A DNA stretch of 33,958 nucleotides, from positions 1 through 33,958 of the forward strand of contig JAZRZY010000130.1 in assembly GCA_045601605.1 (NCBI GenBank). The letters run 5' to 3'. The notes beneath the pieces were generated by a model. That model saw nothing but the letters and a program-made list of their open reading frames with translations. It had not been told where the DNA came from and made no database searches. Source of the stretch: Eubacteriales bacterium. GTDB lineage: Bacteria; Bacillota; Clostridia; Oscillospirales; SIG627. How positions within the stretch are numbered: position 1 is the stretch's first letter; the number at the start of each line of letters is the position of its first letter. Below are positions 26,131-33,958 of this stretch, piece after piece. Both the position numbers and the translations under genes were made by a program.

Positions 26131-28497
26131 CTATTTCAAGGACACAACCGTAACACCGCTGTCTCCCTCGCCGAAAACGCCCATACGCATTTCAACGACA
26201 CGAGGATCTTTTTTGAGCATTCGCCAAAGATATTGACGCAACGCTCCGGTGCCTTTTCCATGGATTAAGCGCACACTGTCAAGATTCGCCAAGCGCGCAT
26301 CATCCAGATATTTGTCCACGACAAACCACGCATCCTCGCCGATCATTCCGCGCAAATCCACCTCAGTATGAATGTTTGCGCGCGAAGAACTCGTCTGCTT
26401 GCCCGTGCTTTTTTTAGACGTTTGAGATTTGGCGGCACAAAGCAAAATGCGTTCCATCGGCAAGCGAATCCGTGAATTGTCTGCCTTCACCGTCACCTCG
26501 TCACCACGAATTTTCTCCACAACCCCTTCTTTGTTGGTTCCGGCGATCCGAACGTGGTCTCCCACAACCAAGGGGCGCTCCGGAGGCTCCGTAACGACAT
26601 CTTCGCGAATTTCATCCATCTGAGCATCAGCCTCGCGAAAGATCTTCTTGAGATTTTGCCGCGCCTCTTCCAACAAAGCCGCTTCTTGCATCTCTCGAGC
26701 TTGCTTTTGCAATCGGTTTACTTCTCGAAACGCCGAGTCGCTCGCCTGCTGTGCAGTTGCAAGCAAGCGTCGGGATTCTGCCGTAAGGCGTTCCGCCTCT
26801 TTTTCGGCGTTTTTGATGATCGTTTCGGCACGCCGCTCCGCCTCCGCGCGCGCACTCTGTGCGCGTCGATTGGCGAGCACGGCGGCATCCAACTTCTCTT
26901 CCATCCGAATGCGCTCGCTCTCAAGCGTGGAAACCACCTCTTCGAAGCGCAGGGAATCGCTGTTCAGCAATGCTCCCGCATCCTCAATGATCTTGCGGGA
27001 AAGACCGAGACGCTCCGCGATCCGAAAGGCATTGGATCGTCCGGGGATTCCCGTCACAAGGCGATAGGTGGGGCGAAGCGTGCGAAGATCAAATTCACAC
27101 GAGGCATTTTCAACCCCCTGCGTTTGCAGTGCATATGTCTTAAGTTCGGCATAGTGCGTGGTAGCCAAACATTTCGCCCCGCGGCGGCGCGCTTCTTCCA
27201 AAATTGCAATGGCAAGAGCCGCACCTTCCAAGGGATCGGTTCCCGCTCCGAGCTCATCAAACAAAATCAAAGCACCGTGCGTCAACTGCTTGAGCATCGC
27301 AACGATATTAACCATATGTGCGGAAAACGTAGAAAGAGACTGTTCGATGGATTGCTCGTCGCCGATGTCGGCTAAAATCATCGGATAAAAACCGATCTCG
27401 CTCCCCTCGGCTACGGGGATCTGAAGGCCGCACTGATTCATCACGGCAAATAGGCCGAGCGTTTTGAGCGTAACCGTTTTTCCGCCCGTGTTCGGACCGG
27501 TAACGACCAGCGTATCGTACGAATCTCCCACGGACAGATCAATGGCAACCACTCGCTCGCGCGCAATCAACGGATGCCTCGCGCGGCGTAAAACGCTTTT
27601 ACCATCCGCATTGCACGCGACGGCAACCGATTCCGTTTTGGCAGCATATTCCGCTTTTGCAAAACACACCGAAAGTTCAACCAAACAAGAAAAATCCGTC
27701 AACAGAAGATGCGCCGCATCCGCACAACGGCCGGATAATTCCAAGAGAATCCGATCGATCTCTTTTTCTTCTTCGTTTTCCAAAATCTTAATCTCGTTGT
27801 TCATTTCCACAACCGGCATCGGTTCCACAAAGATCGTGGCACCCGAAGCCGAGGTGTCATGCACGAGACCCGGAATGTCGTTTTTATGCTCGACCTTCAC
27901 CGGAAGCACAAATCTTCCGGCGCGCATCGTTACAATCGGGTCCTGCAAATGTGCGGTGCGCGAACCGACCAAATACTGTTGCATCGTCTCTCGGATCTTA
28001 CCGGACAACCGCTGAAGCTTTCTCCGAATGTCGTATAAGGTCGATGAAGCACGGTCCGAGATCTGCTCCTCGGAAACGATCGAACGGTGGATATCCTCTT
28101 CAAGCGCACGATCCCCGTTTAACAAAGCGAAATAATCAAACAAAACGTTTGAAGAATCCAAAGAGGAACCATAGGCCTTCACCTTGGCTGCACAGGATAA
28201 CATCGCCGCCACCGAAAGCAGTTCCTTCGGAGTCAGGGTTGCACCTTTTTTGGCGCGCGCAACGATATCTTCCATCTGCTTGGACGCCTGAAAAGACGGG
28301 GCACCTTTCTCATCCGAAAGGCGTCTTGCGGATGCGGTCACAGCGCACAGACGAAGGACCTCGGGGTAATCAAAAGAAGGCGAAAGATCCTTCAGCCGAT
28401 CACGCCCCGCCTCCAAATGACAGCAATCGCAAAGCGCTTGGAGAACTGCCGGAAAATCCAGCACGGAAAGTGTCTTTTCGAGCAAATTATCGTTCAT
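26131..28497 (-). CDS. mutS2: endonuclease MutS2
   Basis: HDTSASGATIFVEP, Walker A TGPNTGGKT, DIGDEQSIEQSLSTFSAH, DELGAGTDP, Smr domain IHGKGTGALR. Confidence 0.97.
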   Translation of the reverse strand: MNDNLLEKTLSVLDFPAVLQALCDCCHLEAGRDRLKDLSPSFDYPEVLRLCAVTASARRLSDEKGAPSFQASKQMEDIVARAKKGATLTPKELLSVAAMLSCAAKVKAYGSSLDSSNVLFDYFALLNGDRALEEDIHRSIVSEEQISDRASSTLYDIRRKLQRLSGKIRETMQQYLVGSRTAHLQDPIVTMRAGRFVLPVKVEHKNDIPGLVHDTSASGATIFVEPMPVVEMNNEIKILENEEEKEIDRILLELSGRCADAAHLLLTDFSCLVELSVCFAKAEYAAKTESVAVACNADGKSVLRRARHPLIARERVVAIDLSVGDSYDTLVVTGPNTGGKTVTLKTLGLFAVMNQCGLQIPVAEGSEIGFYPMILADIGDEQSIEQSLSTFSAHMVNIVAMLKQLTHGALILFDELGAGTDPLEGAALAIAILEEARRRGAKCLATTHYAELKTYALQTQGVENASCEFDLRTLRPTYRLVTGIPGRSNAFRIAERLGLSRKIIEDAGALLNSDSLRFEEVVSTLESERIRMEEKLDAAVLANRRAQSARAEAERRAETIIKNAEKEAERLTAESRRLLATAQQASDSAFREVNRLQKQAREMQEAALLEEARQNLKKIFREADAQMDEIREDVVTEPPERPLVVGDHVRIAGTNKEGVVEKIRGDEVTVKADNSRIRLPMERILLCAAKSQTSKKSTGKQTSSSRANIHTEVDLRGMIGEDAWFVVDKYLDDARLANLDSVRLIHGKGTGALRQYLWRMLKKDPRVVEMRMGVFGEGDSGVTVVSLK

Positions 28498-29243
28498 AAA
28501 ACATCCTTCATTTGGTGGTAAAACGCAAGTGTTTTAAAGTCTCTCTGAAGTTGGGCCAAGGTATAACACTCCGAAAATTTTGCGAAATCATAAAGCAATT
28601 CCGGGTCAAGCTTCAAAGCGTACGCCTCTTTTTCCGCAACGCTCACAGTACGCAGAAGCAAACGGTAGAGCGTCGGTGTAATTGCAAGCGCTCCCGAAGC
28701 ATCCGCACACTCTTTGCACAAAACCACCCCATCGGCAGGGTGAAAATGCGAAAACAAGGCAGCGTCATTGCAGCCGCACGAACCGCACTCGGTCAATTGA
28801 GGCAAAAAGCCGATGGAGGACAAAAGACGAAGTTCGAACACAGCCTTCACCAGCGCAATCGGCCGATCCTTTTTCTTCAGCAAATGGAGCGCGTTCATCA
28901 GAAGGCGCATTGCACATGCCGACCCTTCCATGTCGCGTCCTACGTCATCGCACAATTCGGCAAAATAGGAAGCCGCCGATAAAACGCTCGGGTCACACGC
29001 ATGACCGAGCGGAAGACTCAACACCTGCGCCTTCATTAAATAAAAGCGATCCTGCTTCTTCTGCAGCACAAACTCAGAGAAGGAGAACAGATTGCAGGCC
29101 GCCGAATTCGGGTTGACAAGCGAACGCACCGCATTCGCCTTAAAAAAGATCTTACCGTGTTCCTGCGTCAGAATGGCGACCAGCTTGTCGTATTCACGAT
29201 ATGGGACCACGCGGATTACAAGACCTTGAACGGTGAAAGTCAT
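28494..29243 (-). CDS. recO: DNA repair protein RecO
   Basis: GLVIR...[23 protein letters not shown]...GF.P.L..CGSC...CKEC; follows era. Confidence 0.93.
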   Translation of the reverse strand: MTFTVQGLVIRVVPYREYDKLVAILTQEHGKIFFKANAVRSLVNPNSAACNLFSFSEFVLQKKQDRFYLMKAQVLSLPLGHACDPSVLSAASYFAELCDDVGRDMEGSACAMRLLMNALHLLKKKDRPIALVKAVFELRLLSSIGFLPQLTECGSCGCNDAALFSHFHPADGVVLCKECADASGALAITPTLYRLLLRTVSVAEKEAYALKLDPELLYDFAKFSECYTLAQLQRDFKTLAFYHQMKDVL

Positions 29244-30136
29244 GCTTCGGAATCTTCCTTCAAACCAAAGTCGGAAATCAGCGACGGATTATCGCGCCAA
29301 TTCTCCTTTACACGCACCCACAGAGACAGATCGACCTTGCACCCGAAAAAGCGCTCCAGCTCTTCTCTCGCCTATGTGCCGACGCGTTTTAAAAGAGCGC
29401 CGCCGCGACCGATAACAATACCCTTATGAGAAGCTTTTTCACAGTAAATAACAACATCAATATGCAGCAGATGGCCACGCACATCCTCAAAACGCTCCAC
29501 CATAACCGCAATGCCGTGCGGAATCTCTTCATTGAGGGCATTGAGCAATTTTTCGCGAACGAATTCTGCGGCAATCGTGCGTTCCGATTGATCCGTCAAG
29601 GTGTCTTCGTCAAACAAAAAAGGCGCCTCGTTCAAATGCGTTTCAAGTTCCGAAAACACTTCGTCGATCCCCTCGCCCGTCTTGGCGGAAACGGGGATGA
29701 TGGCAGAAAAGTCCATCGCCTCACTAAACGCGGCAATGCTCGGCAGGATTTCCGCCTTGTTCGCCACGTCACACTTGTTGATCAGCAAAATCACGGGAAG
29801 CCCCTGCGCCTTCAGCTGTCGAATCAGCCCCTGTTCGGGGGCACGAACGCGCCCCTTGGATTCCGTCACCATCAAAACGCAGTCCACATCCGCAAGCGAA
29901 TTGCGAATGTGCTTCTGCATCTGTTCTCCGAGAAGATTTTTCGCCTTCAACAAGCCCGGGGTATCCAAGAAGACATACTGTGTATCTTCTTTGGTCAAAA
30001 CACCCGTAATGCGGGTTCTGGTCGTCTGCGCTTTCGGGGATACCGCAGCAATTTTTTCGCCGACCAGCGTATTCAAGAGCGTACTTTTTCCAACGTTCGG
30101 CATACCGACGATGGCGAGATAGATCACTTTTGACAT
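29240..30136 (-). CDS. era: GTPase Era interrupted by an in-frame TAG (29374-29372): readthrough, nonsense allele or sequence error
   Basis: [34 protein letters not shown]. After the TAG the frame continues [27 protein letters not shown]...DFG to a TGA overlapping the recO ATG. Confidence 0.92.
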
Positions 30137-30624
30137 TTGTGGCTTTCCTTCCAAAATTCTTCTAAGATCGATTCCTGTTTTGCAAGCATTTGCTCCTCGT
30201 CTTGCGGGGATGTTTCATGGTCGAAACCGAGAAGATGCAAAACGGAATGGATACACATGCGGCAAAGGTGCTTTTCAAACGCATCTCCGATCTCTTCGGA
30301 TGCCTCAAGCACCACGCGCGGCGCAATCACCACGTCTCCGAGCGCAAAGAACTCAGCAAGCGAATTTGCCGCCGCATCCTCCATCAACTCCCCGATCGAT
30401 TCATAGATCGGAAACGATAAAACATCTGTGGGGCGATCCTTATCTCTGTACTGCAGATTGAGGGCGTGGATCTCTTCGTTTTCACAAAGCACGACGCTGA
30501 CTTCACAGCAAACCGGGACTTCTTCGGTCAGAAGGGTATGTACGATTGCGCCCTCCAAAAGAGAAAGGGTTTCTTCCCCAACAAAAAAATCAGACTCATT
30601 TAAAATTGCAATTTTGGAGTTCAT
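30124..30624 (-). CDS. ybeY: rRNA maturation RNase YbeY
   Basis: LNLQYRDKDRPTDVLSFP, LGDVVI, HSVLHLLGFDH. Confidence 0.96.
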   Translation of the reverse strand: MNSKIAILNESDFFVGEETLSLLEGAIVHTLLTEEVPVCCEVSVVLCENEEIHALNLQYRDKDRPTDVLSFPIYESIGELMEDAAANSLAEFFALGDVVIAPRVVLEASEEIGDAFEKHLCRMCIHSVLHLLGFDHETSPQDEEQMLAKQESILEEFWKESHKCQK

Positions 30625-31610
30625 TTCTCTTTCCTCTTTTTCCCTTGCTCCGAGTGCGGCGCACGAGGTCTCTTTTCATATGCTTCGATCACTTTGCTGA
30701 CCAGACTGTGACGAACCACGTCGCGCGCAGAAAGGTGTGTAACGGCAATGTCATCGATCCCCTGCAGAACCGAAACCGCATCCTTCAGCCCGCTTCTCAC
30801 GCCCGAAGGAAGGTCGATCTGGGTAACGTCTCCCGTCACAACGATTTTGGAGCGAAAACCGAGGCGCGTCAAAAACATTTTCATCTGCTCGGGCGTCGTA
30901 TTTTGTGCCTCATCTAAAATAATGAAGGAGTCATCGAGCGTTCGCCCGCGCATATAGGCGAGAGGGGCCACTTCAATGACGCCCTTTTCGTGATATTTGG
31001 CATAATTTTCGGCACCGAGCAGTTCATAGAGCGCATCGTACAGTGGACGAAGATACGGGTCGATCTTGCTTTGCAAATCGCCGGGCAAAAACCCGAGGCG
31101 CTCTCCCGCTTCCACGGCAGGCCGGGTAATGATGATGCGGTTCACTTCTTTTTTGCGAAGTGCAACGGTTGCCATCGCCACCGCAAGAAAAGTTTTGCCC
31201 GTTCCCGCAGGACCGATGGCAAGCGTGATCGTATGATTCTTTATGTCTTGCAAATATGCCTGTTGTCCTGCGGTTTTTGCCTTGATGGGCTTCCCGTTAG
31301 CGGTCAGACAGAGGATGTCGCCTCCAAATGAGTCGAGCTTATCCTTTTCGCCCGCCTCGATCATCTGGATGGCGTACTCCACATTTTGACCGGCAACCGA
31401 CCCGGTGGTTACAACCAAGCGTTTCAAATGCGAGAGAACGTCGAGTGCCTTGCGGCAATTTTCTTCCGCTCCCTCTACAATGATTTCAATATCCCGACAG
31501 ATGAGAACAACGTCAAACGCCGCTTCGATCAAACGTGCATTGGCGTCACGCACACCAAAAACCTCACTGACGTGATCCAATGACTCAAACCCAAGTTTCA
31601 ATTCTGCCAT
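30621..31610 (-). CDS. phoH: PhoH family ATPase
   Basis: GPAGTGKTFLA, RPAVEAGERLGFLPG, APLAYMRGRTL, DEAQN. Confidence 0.96.
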   Translation of the reverse strand: MAELKLGFESLDHVSEVFGVRDANARLIEAAFDVVLICRDIEIIVEGAEENCRKALDVLSHLKRLVVTTGSVAGQNVEYAIQMIEAGEKDKLDSFGGDILCLTANGKPIKAKTAGQQAYLQDIKNHTITLAIGPAGTGKTFLAVAMATVALRKKEVNRIIITRPAVEAGERLGFLPGDLQSKIDPYLRPLYDALYELLGAENYAKYHEKGVIEVAPLAYMRGRTLDDSFIILDEAQNTTPEQMKMFLTRLGFRSKIVVTGDVTQIDLPSGVRSGLKDAVSVLQGIDDIAVTHLSARDVVRHSLVSKVIEAYEKRPRAPHSEQGKKRKEK

Positions 31611-32858
31611 TTAACCTCCTGTGCCCTCCCCTTTGGTTTCGGACGCGATTTTCTGCGGTATTTCGGTAAATTCAAACGTTTGTTCGCCCGCAATGTTTTC
31701 AAGACAAGTAAGTTCTGCTTTGAGGGTAATGCCGTTCTTATCGGGAACGTACTCAATTTCCTGGGTAAGCAAAGACCCCTTCTCCCCCAAAACTTCGGAT
31801 AACCAAGTGCGGTATTGATCCATACACAGCTGTCTTGCGCGACTTTCGGAGATGTTTTCCTCCGTTCTCACCACTTCGCAATATGTCGTTCGGCGGCAGC
31901 TGATCGGTAATTCGGAGTCCAAGAAGCTAAGCGGCACCACCTCTTCACTTACAGAAAAGGATTCAAACGGCGCCCGATTTGAAAAAAACGCGAACAAATC
32001 AACACCCAAGACGCGAAGCGAGGAATGTATTTTTTCCGCACCGCTGTACACGTCGTTTGCTTGTAAAAACGGAACGTAACACTCAAATTCACGGTACGTT
32101 TCCGCGATAATCACGCCGCGGCTCTGCACCAAACGATACCCGCCCGCGCGAAGCGTGATCGCCCCGCTGACAAGGAGATCGCCTTCATTCACAACATCCC
32201 CTTTCAGCACCATTGGTTCGCCGTTTGTGACCTCAACGCTGCGCACGATCCCGCCGCATCTTGCAACCAAATTTGAAGTGCGAAAATCCTCCTCGATTTT
32301 CGGGGGTTCGGTCCGTTCTCTCAGCTCGGCAATGAGATGCGTTCCGTTTGCGTGAAAAGAAACAAACACAAACTGCGGATACATTGTCTGAAATTTCAAG
32401 GCGAGCGCAGGATCTGTTACCTCCGAAACCAGCGCACCCTCGCGAACACCGCAGGACGCAAGAAAACGATACAGCTCCTCTTGCGAAAATTGAACTGTAT
32501 TCGTATCTATTGTAACACCCCAAACAAAAAAAGTCGATAGAAATAAGAAAAAAAATCCAACCACAACACCGGCTATCATCCCCACCCGCGCCCGATACCG
32601 CAAAAGGTGACAAAACAGCCCTTTTTCCTCAGACGAAAAACCGATCCACCCCAGACGTTTGAACTCCTCAAGCACCACGCGTGCACGCGTTTGTTTTTCG
32701 AGACCGATGCAGAACGAATGACGGTCATCAGAGAGCTTTTTCAAGTCCCAAAAATGAACCCCGTTTGCGATCAAACCATTCAATATCGGCGCGATCTCTT
32801 CAGCATCAACTTCGATACGCACGTAACCGAATACCAGGTGTAGAAACCGATAAAACAC
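31611..32858 (-). CDS. yqfD: sporulation protein YqfD (stage IV)
   Basis: GYVRIEV, FVWGV.I, G.HL...LRER, NLVA...G.V.......G...V..GD.V..GDLLVSG; lies between yqfC and phoH. Confidence 0.88.
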   Translation of the reverse strand: MFYRFLHLVFGYVRIEVDAEEIAPILNGLIANGVHFWDLKKLSDDRHSFCIGLEKQTRARVVLEEFKRLGWIGFSSEEKGLFCHLLRYRARVGMIAGVVVGFFFLFLSTFFVWGVTIDTNTVQFSQEELYRFLASCGVREGALVSEVTDPALALKFQTMYPQFVFVSFHANGTHLIAELRERTEPPKIEEDFRTSNLVARCGGIVRSVEVTNGEPMVLKGDVVNEGDLLVSGAITLRAGGYRLVQSRGVIIAETYREFECYVPFLQANDVYSGAEKIHSSLRVLGVDLFAFFSNRAPFESFSVSEEVVPLSFLDSELPISCRRTTYCEVVRTEENISESRARQLCMDQYRTWLSEVLGEKGSLLTQEIEYVPDKNGITLKAELTCLENIAGEQTFEFTEIPQKIASETKGEGTGG

Positions 32859-32860
32859 CG

Positions 32861-33127
32861 CTATCTCCGCCCCTTTCGACCGCAGAACTCAAGCGAGGAA
32901 AGATTGCCGACAACCGCCAAATTCCCACTTCCGAGCTCTTTCAGGCAAAGCATTTTCCCGTTTACGCGAACCAACTGACGACCTTCGATCAAAATCGATT
33001 CGTCCGAATACTCCAAAATCCTGCGACACTCCTCAAAAACCACCTTTCTCCCTCCGTAGATCTGAATCAAATAGGCAGAAGGGTTTGGCATTTTCTCCAT
33101 TTTTCCCTCGCGCATCTTCTCTTTCAT
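32861..33127 (-). CDS. yqfC: YabP/YqfC family sporulation protein
   Basis: I.I.G...V..E....ILEYSDE.I...V.G..L.L..L....L.V.G...SLEF; ATG 33127 follows GGAGG; upstream of yqfD. Confidence 0.8.
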   Translation of the reverse strand: MKEKMREGKMEKMPNPSAYLIQIYGGRKVVFEECRRILEYSDESILIEGRQLVRVNGKMLCLKELGSGNLAVVGNLSSLEFCGRKGRR

Positions 33128-33200
33128 AATACCTCCGTTCTGTTTTGATTTCATAGAACAATATAGTGTATTGCACACGCACGCGCGTTATGAGGTGTCC

Positions 33201-33958
33201 ATGAAAAATGCCGTCAGGTTCTGTCTGTTCCCGTTAGCACTGCTCGGTTTCTTCCTGCTTTTGCTGTCCTCAAAGGAGGTGGCAGCCTCCGTATTGTCCT
33301 GCATCGATTTTCTTCTTTACACGCTTCTGCCGACACTGTTTCCTTTTCTGTTTCTGGGCGCACTGTTAACAGACCTTTCCGTCGGCACAAAAACACCCAA
33401 GCTTTTCGCCCGCGCTTTTACACATCTGTTCCGACTCCCGCCAAGTGCCTGGAAATGCATTTTCGTCGGTTTGTTTTGCGGATTCCCTTCCGGCGTTTTA
33501 AGTGTTGCTCGAAGTTTTGAAAACGGCGAGCTGGATCCCAAAAGCGCGCGCCGTCTTTCCCTTTTCGTCAACATGCCTTCCCCCGCATTCTGCATTTCCG
33601 CCTTCGGCGTCAACGTTTTAAACTCCCCCATCCTCGGCTTCATCGTTTATCTCAGCTGTGTCGTCTCATCATTTTTATGTATGTTGATCGCAAGCCGTTT
33701 TTCTCCGCCGCCGGATCAAAAAGCGGGTGCGTCCTTGTCCGTAAACCTCACCGACGCTTTCACCTCCGCACTCACACGTTCCTGCAAGTCTTTTGCGATC
33801 ATCTGTGCGCTTGTTATAATCAGCAAGACTCTGTGGGTCATACCGGAACAAATTTTGTCGTACTGTGACAGCCCAACGCTTCTCTCACACGCATTATACG
33901 GAATGCTGGATGCCGCCGGCGGCTGCACGTTGATGCCCACGACAGACCTTTGGAAAAG
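33201..33958 (+). CDS. ylbJ: sporulation integral membrane protein YlbJ-like (partial, runs off window; not in the ORF track)
   Basis: GAGGTG RBS, then MKNAVRFCLFPLALLGFFLLLLSSKEVAASV...LLPTLFPFLFL...VGLFCGFPSG...NMPSPAF, a YlbJ motif pattern. Confidence 0.75.
   Translation, partial: MKNAVRFCLFPLALLGFFLLLLSSKEVAASVLSCIDFLLYTLLPTLFPFLFLGALLTDLSVGTKTPKLFARAFTHLFRLPPSAWKCIFVGLFCGFPSGVLSVARSFENGELDPKSARRLSLFVNMPSPAFCISAFGVNVLNSPILGFIVYLSCVVSSFLCMLIASRFSPPPDQKAGASLSVNLTDAFTSALTRSCKSFAIICALVIISKTLWVIPEQILSYCDSPTLLSHALYGMLDAAGGCTLMPTTDLWK

Noticed and set aside
26554-27375. 273-aa plus-strand ORF and similar nested ORFs in the track
   Set aside because: Lie antisense within well-supported genes (here mutS2) and have no protein-family features.
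1-33958. Genome-wide TAG reassignment (alternative genetic code)
   Set aside because: mutS2, spoVAD, yqfC and the RimJ-like gene end in TAG at expected positions; only era shows an internal TAG.

Overview
Chromosomal window from a spore-forming clostridial Firmicute (Oscillospiraceae/Ruminococcaceae-like by gene order; inference), about 50% GC by eye. It is mostly housekeeping and sporulation genes. In order: a partial tRNA-Gln(UUG); a GNAT; a dispersed spoVA set (spoVAC, then spoVAD-spoVAE, then a spoVAF/GerA-like gene) with an opposite-strand block between spoVAC and spoVAD (Imm33-like gene, MATE, L-serine dehydratase, GH30, SGNH/DUF4886); prfB; nrdDG with tandem NrdR boxes; a HI0933 flavoprotein, plsC and an ispH-rpsA fusion; two tandem M15B DD-carboxypeptidase paralogs; a DUF5685/J-domain/membrane protein/AEC operon; a RimJ-like GNAT; a SleB-like hydrolase; yqfC-yqfD-phoH-ybeY-era-recO-mutS2; and a partial ylbJ. 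Most notable: (1) era has an in-frame TAG followed by an intact, recO-coupled 43-codon C-terminus; (2) the second M15B paralog has lost a Zn-ligand His and the catalytic Glu; (3) the DUF5685 protein has isoprenoid-synthase-like Asp-rich motifs and is coupled to a Cys-tailed J-domain protein; (4) prfB lacks its programmed +1 frameshift; (5) a nested-palindrome hairpin lies upstream of spoVAC. No CRISPR array, prophage, integrase or transposase was seen. All family calls are by motif recognition, without database searches.
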